24,000 bases of DNA from assembly GCF_018336915.1 (NCBI RefSeq), contig NZ_CP064923.1, positions 3,380,371 through 3,404,370 of the forward strand. The letters run 5' to 3'. Positions within the stretch are counted from its first letter, which is position 1; each line of letters begins with the position of its first letter. The stretch comes from Acaryochloris marina S15. Its GTDB lineage: Bacteria; Cyanobacteriota; Cyanobacteriia; Thermosynechococcales; Thermosynechococcaceae. Under the pieces are notes generated by a model. The model did no database searches, was not told the DNA's origin, and worked only from the letters and a program-made list of their open reading frames with translations. A program made the position numbers and the translations under genes. Below are positions 1 to 7,597 of this stretch, piece after piece.

Positions 1-2
1 CC

Positions 3-1277
3 AGCCAATCTTCCCTTCTCTCTAACTCATCCACACAACTGATAGCTGAAGCTGAAGCCCCTAAAGAGCTTTCTCCTGCTGCCTTGAAAGTTCTATGCAA
101 GAACTTCCCTCTGAACTCTCGTTGCACTGGAGCAGCAACCGAAACTAGCGAAGATGCTTCAGCAACGGATAGTGCTCCTGCTGATACTACAGTATCTGCA
201 GAAGAAGAATCGGCTGATTCCCCCGCCATGAGCGATGCTCCAGGTGGTGAAGTAGATGCTGCGGCTGAGCCGACAGATACTGCAGAGGGTGGCGCAGAAC
301 AACCCACCGAAACACCGACTGCCAGTGACGCTCCTGCTGACGATGCAATGGGAGCTACTGATGAAACGGATGCCGCTGCAGAAGGTGGTGCAGAACAACC
401 TACTGACGATCCATCTGTCAGTGATGCCCCTGCTGACGATGCAATGGGAGCTACTGATGAAACGGACGCCGCTGCGGAAGGTGGTGCAGAACAACCTACT
501 GACGATCCATCTGCCAGTGATGCCCCTGCTGATGATGCAGTGAATGCTACCGACGAGACGGACGCCACTGCAGAAGGTGGTGCAGAACAACCTGCTGACG
601 ATCCATCTGCTGGTGATGCCACTACACCGGATGCCACTGCTCCGACAATGACAGCTCCCACTGTCGCTCCTCCCACTGTTACTCCCCCAACCGTAACTCC
701 CCCTGTTTCAGGTCCTGAAGGCGGTGAAGGTGGTGCTGCACAACCCGCTGATGATACCGGTGCCACTCCTACAGCTCCTATAGAGGAAACGAGCCCTGAA
801 GGAGCAATGCCTTCAGAAACTGAACAACCCTCCAGCAGTACCCCTGAAACCACTCCAAGTGCTGATGCTTTAAAGCCAGAAGCTGATTCTGCATCAGGAG
901 AACAATCCTCCATCTCTGAGGGTGAGCTTAAGCAATTTGCAACCGCCATACCTCAATTAAGTTCACTTGAGAAAACAACCAAAGGGGAAATTTCCCAAGT
1001 GATTGGTCAGTCAGGACTGACCCAAGATAAGTTCAATTCTCTATACAATGGGCAGCAAGCCAGTAGCCCAGCAGTAGATGCCACTGATGCAGAAAAACAG
1101 TCCTTTGAACAAGCAATGACCAAAATTCAGGCCATTGAAAAAAAGGGGCAAGCAGAGCAAGAAAAAGTGATTCGTTCCCAAGGACTAGAACCTCAGAGAT
1201 TTAGTCAGATCTTAGCGGCTGTTCGCCAAGACCAATCCTTGCGAACCAAAGTTCAGCAGATGTTACAAACAAACTAG
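3..1277 (+). CDS. Acidic low-complexity repeat protein with a DUF4168-like helical C-terminus (5' end lies outside the window)
   Basis: The frame is open from the window edge (nt 3) to TAG at 1275-1277, so the TTG at 84 in the ORF track is probably internal. The body is Ala/Asp/Glu/Thr/Pro-rich, with 32-aa tandem repeats (AEGGAEQPTDDPS.SDAPADDAMGATDETDAA) and a PTV(A/T)PP mini-repeat. The Gln/Lys-rich helical C-terminus (ELKQFATAIPQL..., QRFSQILAAVRQDQSLRTKVQQML) resembles the duplicated motif of DUF4168 proteins. That family call is from memory, not from a search. Confidence 0.6.
   Translation, partial: SQSSLLSNSSTQLIAEAEAPKELSPAALKVLCKNFPLNSRCTGAATETSEDASATDSAPADTTVSAEEESADSPAMSDAPGGEVDAAAEPTDTAEGGAEQPTETPTASDAPADDAMGATDETDAAAEGGAEQPTDDPSVSDAPADDAMGATDETDAAAEGGAEQPTDDPSASDAPADDAVNATDETDATAEGGAEQPADDPSAGDATTPDATAPTMTAPTVAPPTVTPPTVTPPVSGPEGGEGGAAQPADDTGATPTAPIEETSPEGAMPSETEQPSSSTPETTPSADALKPEADSASGEQSSISEGELKQFATAIPQLSSLEKTTKGEISQVIGQSGLTQDKFNSLYNGQQASSPAVDATDAEKQSFEQAMTKIQAIEKKGQAEQEKVIRSQGLEPQRFSQILAAVRQDQSLRTKVQQMLQTN
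282..625 (+). repeat. In-frame 96-bp (32-codon) tandem repeat, about 3.5 copies
   Basis: Unit starts (GCAGAGGGTGG / GCAGAAGGTGGTG / GCGGAAGGTGGTG / GCAGAAGGTGGTG) fall at 282, 378, 474 and 570, exactly 96 nt apart. The units are nearly identical at the nucleotide level. Confidence 0.9.
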
Positions 1278-1315
1278 AGCAGTTCACTAAATTAGTGAAA
1301 CTACTGTTTTGATAA

Positions 1316-1354
1316 GAAAACATTACGGCACAACCAGTTTGCCGTAATGTTTTC
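1316..1354 (+). terminator. Strong hairpin downstream of the acidic repeat gene (putative intrinsic terminator)
   Basis: A perfect 15-bp inverted repeat, GAAAACATTACGGCA (1316-1330) / TGCCGTAATGTTTTC (1340-1354), encloses a 9-nt loop. It starts 39 nt after the stop codon. The T-run is partly inside the 3' arm (GTTTTCTGT), so this is not a textbook U-tract. Confidence 0.55.
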
Positions 1355-1423
1355 TGTATAGGACATTTGGTGAGTGGCTGGATCTTCTCCAGTTAGTATT
1401 GAGACAAAGAGAGAAAAAGCGGC

Positions 1424-2101
1424 ATGAAGCTTCTACTAGTAGAAGATGACGAGCGAATTGCAGAAGCATTGGCAGAAGATCTGACGGATCAGCACTATGC
1501 AGTAGATATAGCCCATGATGGAGAAATGGGCTGGGAACTACTGGAGGCATTTACCTATGATTTGGTTTTGCTAGATGTTATGTTGCCCAAGATGGATGGT
1601 TTGGCTTTCTGTCGGCAGATGAGAGACCAAGGTTTGGATATTCCCGTACTGATGCTGACAGCTCGAGATACTACAGCAAATAAAGTCGATGGGCTAGACG
1701 CAGGTGCCGATGATTATGTTGTCAAACCTTGTGAGTTAGAGGAAATATCGGCCAGAATTCGGGCCCTTTTGCGTCGGAGTCCCATGACTTCGCCACCAAT
1801 CCTGGAATGGGAGGATCTGAAGCTAAATCCCAATACCTGCGAGGTCTTCTTTCAAGAAGGGCTGATTGCTTTGACTCCCAAAGAATATAGCCTGTTGGAG
1901 CTTTTTTTAAGAAACAAACGTCGAGTATTCAGTCGAGCCCAAATCCTGGAGCATCTTTGGGCTTATGAAGTTTTACCAGAAGAAGATACGGTAAAAGCCC
2001 ATATCAAAGGGTTACGGCATAAGTTGAAAGGGGCAGGAGCCCCCAATGATTTAATTCAAACGGTCTATGGTTTTGGCTATCGTCTTAAACAGGTTTCGTA
2101 A
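1424..2101 (+). CDS. OmpR/PhoB-family two-component response regulator
   Basis: The receiver domain shows MKLLLVEDD, the phospho-acceptor context DLVLLDVMLPKMDG, and LMLTARD...GADDYVVKP. The C-terminal winged-helix region shows LTPKEYSLLELFL...VYGFGYRL. Confidence 0.9.
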   Translation: MKLLLVEDDERIAEALAEDLTDQHYAVDIAHDGEMGWELLEAFTYDLVLLDVMLPKMDGLAFCRQMRDQGLDIPVLMLTARDTTANKVDGLDAGADDYVVKPCELEEISARIRALLRRSPMTSPPILEWEDLKLNPNTCEVFFQEGLIALTPKEYSLLELFLRNKRRVFSRAQILEHLWAYEVLPEEDTVKAHIKGLRHKLKGAGAPNDLIQTVYGFGYRLKQVS

Positions 2102-3470
2102 TCCTCTCTTTCAAGGATTGCGGTGGCGTTTATTGCTGTCTTACTTATTGGTTATGGCAGCAATCTTGGCCGTTTTTAGCGTACAAGTCTATGTCTTTGT
2201 AAGTCGACGACTCTACGCCCAAATTGATGCAGAGCTACAAACTTTAGCTCAATCTGCAGCCCTTTCTCTCTCAGATATTAAACAGGAAGGCAAGCCCTAT
2301 CTCGATAAAGTAGATAAAGTTCCATGGCGCGATATCTTTAATCGAGACCGACATAGTTTGGAATGGTTCACAGCAGATGGTCGGTTGTTGGCTCGGAAAG
2401 GGGCGATTACACTTCACTTGCCACCCAAACTGAGAGAACAAAATATTGTTGTCCGAGTCATACGAGAAGAGAAGTCTTTTCAGGTTCGTGCATTTACTAT
2501 TTCTGTTCATAGCGATGCCGATGCGCTAAAGCGCCCCTTACTAGAAGGATATATTCGGGCTAGTCAGTCCATTACTCCTGTAGAAAAAGCTCAGCTGAGG
2601 CTGCTTTGGGGACTAGGAGTAGGAGGAACGATTGCACTAGGTTTAGTCGGAATAGGAGGGTTGTGGCTAACGGAATATTCACTAAAACCAGTTGAGCAAA
2701 GTTTTTTGAGGCTAAAGCAGTTTACTGCGGACGCTTCCCATGAGTTACGAACTCCCCTAACAGTGATCAAAACATCTGTTGAGGTGATGATGAATCATCC
2801 AGAAAGAGTCCACCCCAAAGATGCAAAAAAACTGGCGGCTATTTCTAGTGCAACTGCACAAATGAACCGATTAGTTGAAGATCTACTCTTTTTGGCGAGA
2901 ACAGATACATCTGTACCAACTGCCCGACGAGAATGGACTAGAGTGGCTTTAGATGAAGTCCTGAAGGACTTAGTCGACTTTTTAGATCCTTCTGCTCAAA
3001 CTCAAGGGGTTGAATTAGTGACCCAAGGCATTGTTCCAATGACATTAGTTGGAGATGCCATGCAATTGGCTCGATTATTCTCAAATCTATTAAGGAATGC
3101 TGTGGCTTACACCCCTTCTGGGGGAAAAGTGACTCTATCTGTAGCGCGGACTAACCAGGTCACCATTATTAGTGTGGAGGATACTGGAATAGGCATCTCT
3201 AAAGAACAAATTCCCTATATCTTTAACCGCTTTTATCGTGTAGATAAGCACCGAGCTCGAAGGCAAGGAGGCTTAGGCCTTGGGTTGGCTATAGCTCAAT
3301 CCATTGCTCAACTTCATAAAGGCAAAATTACTATTCAGAGTCAAGTTGGGGTAGGGAGTTGTTTCCGAGTTCATTTACCAACGGTACAAATGGGTGTCAT
3401 TGAAGTATCTAATAACTCTATTCAGTTAGCTTCTAGGAGTACTCCACTAGTATCTCCAAAAGTTAAATAA
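2067..3470 (+). CDS. Membrane sensor histidine kinase (BaeS/CusS/CopS-like architecture), cognate to the upstream regulator
   Basis: Two hydrophobic segments (LLLSYLLVMAAILAVFSVQVYVF; LLWGLGVGGTIALGLVGIGGLWL) flank a sensor loop of about 150 aa. Kinase motifs are present: H-box FTADASHELRTPL, N-box LLRNAVAYTP, G1 EDTGIGI, G2 GGLGLGLAIA. The ATG at 2067 overlaps the regulator gene by 35 nt. An in-frame TTG at 2118 (giving MRWRLLLSY...) is an alternative start. Confidence 0.85.
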   Translation: MVLAIVLNRFRNPLFQGLRWRLLLSYLLVMAAILAVFSVQVYVFVSRRLYAQIDAELQTLAQSAALSLSDIKQEGKPYLDKVDKVPWRDIFNRDRHSLEWFTADGRLLARKGAITLHLPPKLREQNIVVRVIREEKSFQVRAFTISVHSDADALKRPLLEGYIRASQSITPVEKAQLRLLWGLGVGGTIALGLVGIGGLWLTEYSLKPVEQSFLRLKQFTADASHELRTPLTVIKTSVEVMMNHPERVHPKDAKKLAAISSATAQMNRLVEDLLFLARTDTSVPTARREWTRVALDEVLKDLVDFLDPSAQTQGVELVTQGIVPMTLVGDAMQLARLFSNLLRNAVAYTPSGGKVTLSVARTNQVTIISVEDTGIGISKEQIPYIFNRFYRVDKHRARRQGGLGLGLAIAQSIAQLHKGKITIQSQVGVGSCFRVHLPTVQMGVIEVSNNSIQLASRSTPLVSPKVK

Positions 3471-3685
3471 AGGGTAGTGCCCCAACAGTAAGAATCGCTT
3501 AAACTTAGTATCATCAGTACTTTCACCAAACTCACCCAAGTGTCTTAACCTTAAGTCTCTGAACAAATCAAAGGCTAGGAAGCTAACCTACCATCAGCTT
3601 CTTAAATACATTGAGGTAAAGGCATACGGAGATGCAACGGGTTCGTCACTAGTTGGAAGACCCGACTGACAGATACAGAGCATGA

Positions 3686-3910
3686 TTAATAATCGCAAAA
3701 AAGTTCAGATTGCTTGATCAACTGCTGTAGTTCATCACATTCCATACCTTGAATCGCCATTGCAAGGCCAGTATGAACAAGCGCCAGTCTCTGTCGCGCT
3801 TCTGGGCTCAAATCTTCGGCAGCTTCTTCTGCACAATCTAGGATTGTAGCTGTCATGGTCAAGTTATCAAAGGTAACTGCTAATGCTTCGGCTAACAGGC
3901 TGGTTAACAT
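3686..3910 (-). CDS. Hypothetical small acidic helical protein (74 aa)
   Basis: The ATG at 3910 is preceded on the minus strand by GGGGAG with 4 nt spacing (aggaaaaaagcGGGGAGatcATG). I recognise no family. Confidence 0.4.
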   Translation of the reverse strand: MLTSLLAEALAVTFDNLTMTATILDCAEEAAEDLSPEARQRLALVHTGLAMAIQGMECDELQQLIKQSELFCDY

Positions 3911-4010
3911 GATCTCCCCGCTTTTTTCCTGAGTTCTCTTTTATCATCTGCCAAAGTAATTGAGAGCGAAACAGAGTTATCACGGATTTGTTCTGCGAGA
4001 TGGCCCAAAA

Positions 4011-4087
4011 CTCTAGTGGTTTACCCGGATAGAGATCCTACGTAGTCCGAGTTCGAATCACTGATAGGCTCTAGTGGTTTACCCGGA
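4011..4087. repeat. Pair of identical 19-nt direct repeats separated by 39 nt, non-coding
   Basis: CTCTAGTGGTTTACCCGGA occurs at 4011-4029 and again, without mismatch, at 4069-4087. The region lies between the 74-aa ORF and the Spy-like gene. Confidence 0.8.
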
Positions 4088-4260
4088 GGAGAATAAAAAA
4101 TAAGACTCTGGAACTAGAACATTTCTGTCTGGTTACATATGATGCTCCATGGTGAATATCTATGGACCAGAGGAGGAATTCAATACTGTACTCAAGGCAC
4201 TAAATCACACTTCCTATAGGTTTGCAGAGTAAGAAGATCTATTAACTACTCCAATAACCA

Positions 4261-4291
4261 GAATTCCCAACCTGCGTTTGGTTGGGAATTC
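4261..4291 (-). terminator. Hairpin 18 nt downstream of the Spy/CpxP-like gene (putative terminator)
   Basis: A perfect 12-bp stem, GAATTCCCAACC (4261-4272) / GGTTGGGAATTC (4280-4291), encloses a 7-nt loop. The trailing T-tract on the minus strand is weak (TGGTTATTGG). Confidence 0.5.
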
Positions 4292-4308
4292 GGTGTAAGT
4301 TTGTGGCG

Positions 4309-4830
4309 TTATTTCGCTTGAGAGTTTTCTGGCCCGTGATGTCGGCGGCCATGTCGGCGGCCCCAACGGCCTCTCCTTTGCTTCTTTAGCTCTGCCATTT
4401 TAGTTCGTTGCTCAGGAGTGAGGACTTGTCGAATCTTTAGTTTAGTTTCAAATCGGGCCTCACCCATGTCACGGCGCAAATCTTGTAAAATTCGATGTTG
4501 CGCTCTCAATTCATCATCAGATGCATCGCTAGCCATCAAGGCTTGCATTTTGTCTTTAGCCGCTCGCAAAGCTTCTCGTTTTGCTTGCTTATCCTGTTTA
4601 TTCTGCTCCCGAATTTGATCGATTTCTGAGACTTGATCCGGGCTAAGATTCAGTTGCTGGCGGAACTGCTCTCGTCGACGTTTTCTAAATTCTTCCTTAT
4701 TCGGTTTTTCAGTCGTTTCTTGTGCAATTGCGTAACTAGGAAACAAAGATTCGGTCGCAACAGTCAAACCATTACCTATTGGGAGTAATAGCGGTAGGGC
4801 AGCCAGTAAATAAACAGCACGGAATTTCAT
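4309..4830 (-). CDS. Spy/CpxP-family (LTXXQ motif) periplasmic protein with an Arg/His-rich C-terminal tail
   Basis: I place the start at the internal ATG at 4830, which gives a signal peptide (MKFRAVYLLAALPLLLPIGNG). The 50 residues upstream in the ORF track look non-coding. Two LTXXQ-type motifs are present (LNLSPDQ, VLTPEQ) in a charged helical body. The tail reads QRRGRWGRRHGRRHHGPE. Confidence 0.75.
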   Translation of the reverse strand: MKFRAVYLLAALPLLLPIGNGLTVATESLFPSYAIAQETTEKPNKEEFRKRRREQFRQQLNLSPDQVSEIDQIREQNKQDKQAKREALRAAKDKMQALMASDASDDELRAQHRILQDLRRDMGEARFETKLKIRQVLTPEQRTKMAELKKQRRGRWGRRHGRRHHGPENSQAK

Positions 4831-5684
4831 ACTAAAAAACCTCTTGTTTGGAGATGTTGGGTGATGTATGTGCATAAGTGCTCCCAACGCTCTAATCATA
4901 AGAAAAGCACTACTATGACCGAAAGGATCACATTTCCCAAATTGGTATGGATCTAAAGAACCGGATTGGAGTAGTACCAAAGTTCTAGATCTCAGGACAA
5001 AAAACGAAGATGGATAAACTTCACTTTAGTCCGATTCAGACAATTATGAGTTCCAGGTGTACCTAACAAAGACTTTGACATAAGCATTCTTTTGGTGATT
5101 AAAAACTATTTTCAGGCATAGTTTCAACACTCTTGATATATTTTCACTAAAAAATCATTTCTCTCCAAGATTGTTTATTCACCTCATTCAAACCTTGATA
5201 TCATTCAATTCCTAAAAACAAGGCATACAACTCTTGAATTAATTAAATCCTAAAAGAATACCCCATCCTCAATAAATATGCTGCCTACAAGATTCACGAA
5301 ATATCTAATAATTTATTCATAGTCTGATTTAAGAATAGGGACAATAGTCTTAACGGAAGAATTAAATCTAGAGATCTTGCAGATCAAACTTACTAGCATA
5401 TAGCTCAATACCTCTCTGAGATTAAACTATGACGATAGATCCAGAACTAAAAACTCAGTAAGATCACGCTGACAAGCAGAAAGTATCACGTTGTTCATGT
5501 GATCCAAATCGGATGATTCATTGGCCTTTACCGATAAGTTAGGAAAAGAGAGATAAACAGATTAGAAGCAAGTTCATTGCTCTTCTATTAATAAGAAATA
5601 GAGACTCTAGCATCACTTCATCTAATATATCTCTGACAAATCAGTCAACGTTCTTATTCTATTTTTCTGTTGGAAGAATCTATC

Positions 5685-5822
5685 ATGCTAAAGCCAATTA
5701 AAGTTACGCTGCTAGGTCTAATGGCAGCAACCACAACCACACTTGCTATCCCCCAAGCTAATGCTTACTCTTCATCGTCGGTTGGGCAACAATCAGAAGC
5801 TGCAGAACAAACTCAAAATTAG
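5685..5822 (+). CDS. Possible small secreted peptide (45 aa)
   Basis: This ORF is below the size cut-off of the ORF track. It reads MLKPIKVTLLGLMAATTTTLAIPQANA/YSSSSVGQQSEAAEQTQN, a clear signal-peptide-like N-terminus with an A-x-A site, and ends in a double stop (TAGTAG). There is a weak GGAAG about 10 nt upstream. Other frames overlap here (see findings). Confidence 0.35.
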   Translation: MLKPIKVTLLGLMAATTTTLAIPQANAYSSSSVGQQSEAAEQTQN

Positions 5823-6139
5823 TAGTATCTCATCATCGCTGGCGAGGAAGACGCAAATTGCGTCGAGTACGCTGGCGCAAAAAGTGGGTATGCTTCAAGC
5901 GCCCTGTCGTTTTCTATCGCCATGGACGTAAAATCGTGAAATTCAAGCGCCACTGCCACTGGAAAAAGTTCCGGGTACATCATGGGGGACATCATTTCTA
6001 AAATTGATGCAAGTTGATTTCAACCTCAGGCCTGAGATTCATCAATAATGTCATCGATTCAATATAATTAAGCGGCTCTAGAAAACTTCAATCCCATAAA
6101 GCCGCTTAATTGAGAAACTACAAAGTCTGGCGCAGTCTT

Positions 6140-6982
6140 TTAAAGGGCCTTCAGAAATTCAAGTACAGTCTCGACAAGGGCAGGATCGCCCTGGCGATAA
6201 CCCATAGGTGTGAGATGTTCACCTTCCAGCTCTCTCATTTTGGTAGGTTTATTGGGTAAATTAGCTTTCAGCCAGTCAACGGTATCTTTAGCAATTTTAT
6301 CTTTTGTAAAAGAGATTAACCCCATAAGACCGAATAATTGACTTTCTTTTATGAGGCAATAGGTCTCTTCTACGCTGGGTTGAACATCTAAGCCCAGACG
6401 TTTAACAAAATCAGCAACTGCTTTTACTGGTATCGCACTTTCAATGCCCGTAATAGCTGGAGCCATCAGTATAGAAGGCTGATTCAATAGAGAAATATCT
6501 TTGAAATCCACCCCATTTAATCGATCTTCAAGTTCCTGGTACTGATCCCGTCCAACACAGCCTCCTAAGATCTCTTTTTCTGACTTGGTTTCTAGATCCG
6601 TCAATAGCTCGAGTAAAGCTATATATTTATTCCCTAAGCTATGTCCCAACCAAAAATAATTCTTAGCTGCTGACTTGGGATCCTCTTCATAAATTTTGTA
6701 ATCATAGTCTCGACGTTTCGCCTCATCTAGAATGGCTTGACGGAGAGCTCTTTGCTCACGCACTAATCCGATTGCAACAGACCAATGGCGAAATGTGAAT
6801 CGATAAGGCAATGCAATGATTGTATATCCTTGGTCATAGATCTTTTGTAACAGAAATCGGTAAAAGATGGTGGGGAATGACCCAAAAAAAGCACCACCAA
6901 TAAATTGAACAACCCCCACAGGCTTGGGATGGATTGCAACCCAACTAAATTGCAATGGTAAAAACTTAAATTTTGATTGCAT
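6140..6982 (-). CDS. DUF1350-like alpha/beta-fold protein (cyanobacteria/plastid-lineage family)
   Basis: The N-terminal pattern W.AIHPKPVGVVQFIGGAFFGSFPTIFYRFLL...GYTIIALPYRFTFRHW matches my recollection of DUF1350. A GHSLG nucleophile-elbow-like motif is present. I chose the ATG at 6982 because GAGGG lies 5 nt upstream. The TTG at 6997 and ATG at 6994 are alternatives. Confidence 0.6.
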   Translation of the reverse strand: MQSKFKFLPLQFSWVAIHPKPVGVVQFIGGAFFGSFPTIFYRFLLQKIYDQGYTIIALPYRFTFRHWSVAIGLVREQRALRQAILDEAKRRDYDYKIYEEDPKSAAKNYFWLGHSLGNKYIALLELLTDLETKSEKEILGGCVGRDQYQELEDRLNGVDFKDISLLNQPSILMAPAITGIESAIPVKAVADFVKRLGLDVQPSVEETYCLIKESQLFGLMGLISFTKDKIAKDTVDWLKANLPNKPTKMRELEGEHLTPMGYRQGDPALVETVLEFLKAL

Positions 6983-7597
6983 AAAAACCCTCATCAATAA
7001 TAAAATTTAGAACAATCGAATAATGAGCAATTTCATTAGTTAAAAATGCCACCATTCACCTAATCCAGAAAGAAGAAAAAACTGCCTATTATTGAGATTT
7101 AAATTCATCCTGTACCTATGAGATGAATGCCAATAGTAAAAATAAAGCTATTATCTCGACCTAGGTATGAATCAGAGAAACTAGAGGCCCCATAAGCTAT
7201 ATCAGCGATATCTTACTTTTTTATGCAAGTATGTCTGTTAAAGACAAAGCTTGGGAATATTTTCTACTATCAAATCTTGCTGCATCCATAAATTCAATTA
7301 CATATTGCTAAGAGAATAGTTATTGCAACGATACATAGTTAACATTGGAGAAGTTGTCGTGTCTTGACACTAATCACTACAGCAATATCCAGTCCCTAGA
7401 CCCATGACAAAAAGGAAGTCTTTTCAATAACGTGCATACAGATGCTGGGCGTAGAAAGTCGGTCTTTTCAGAATCCTGACAATTGTTTATAGAATTTAGC
7501 TGAGCTTAAGCCTATTTCCAGAAAGAGTGATCTATCATCTGACAGGAAAATCTTCCGAATTGATCGAAATCCTCACTATTGCAAGGATTAAGCCTTT

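Noticed and set aside
159-590. ORFs 159-590 (minus) and 256-543 (plus) overlapping the first gene
   Set aside because: Both are alternative or antisense frames kept open by the 96-bp tandem repeat. Their low-complexity periodic translations mirror the repeat.
1323-1550. 75-aa minus-strand ORF overlapping the response-regulator start and the terminator hairpin
   Set aside because: It is antisense to a canonical receiver domain and crosses a strong hairpin. There is no supporting signal.
4040-4062. tRNA-like GAGTTCGAATCAC string (possible tRNA gene or T-arm)
   Set aside because: The flanking 5-mers (CCGAG / CACTG) cannot form a T-stem. No acceptor or anticodon arms can be drawn. At most it is a degenerate fragment.
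4831-4980. 50-codon N-terminal extension of the Spy-like ORF (track start 4980)
   Set aside because: The extension (MVLLQSGSLDPYQFGKCDPF...) precedes a perfect signal peptide that begins at the internal Met (4830). A signal peptide must be N-terminal, so the extension is most likely non-coding.
6983-7597. Promoters or ncRNA in the 615-bp AT-rich spacer between the DUF1350-like and GH57-like genes (for example TTGACA at 7364-7369 with TATCCA 16 nt downstream; a 7-bp hairpin at 7103-7128)
   Set aside because: The -10 elements are poor, the hairpin is short and AT-rich, and nothing distinguishes these from chance matches in AT-rich DNA. They cannot be supported without transcript data.
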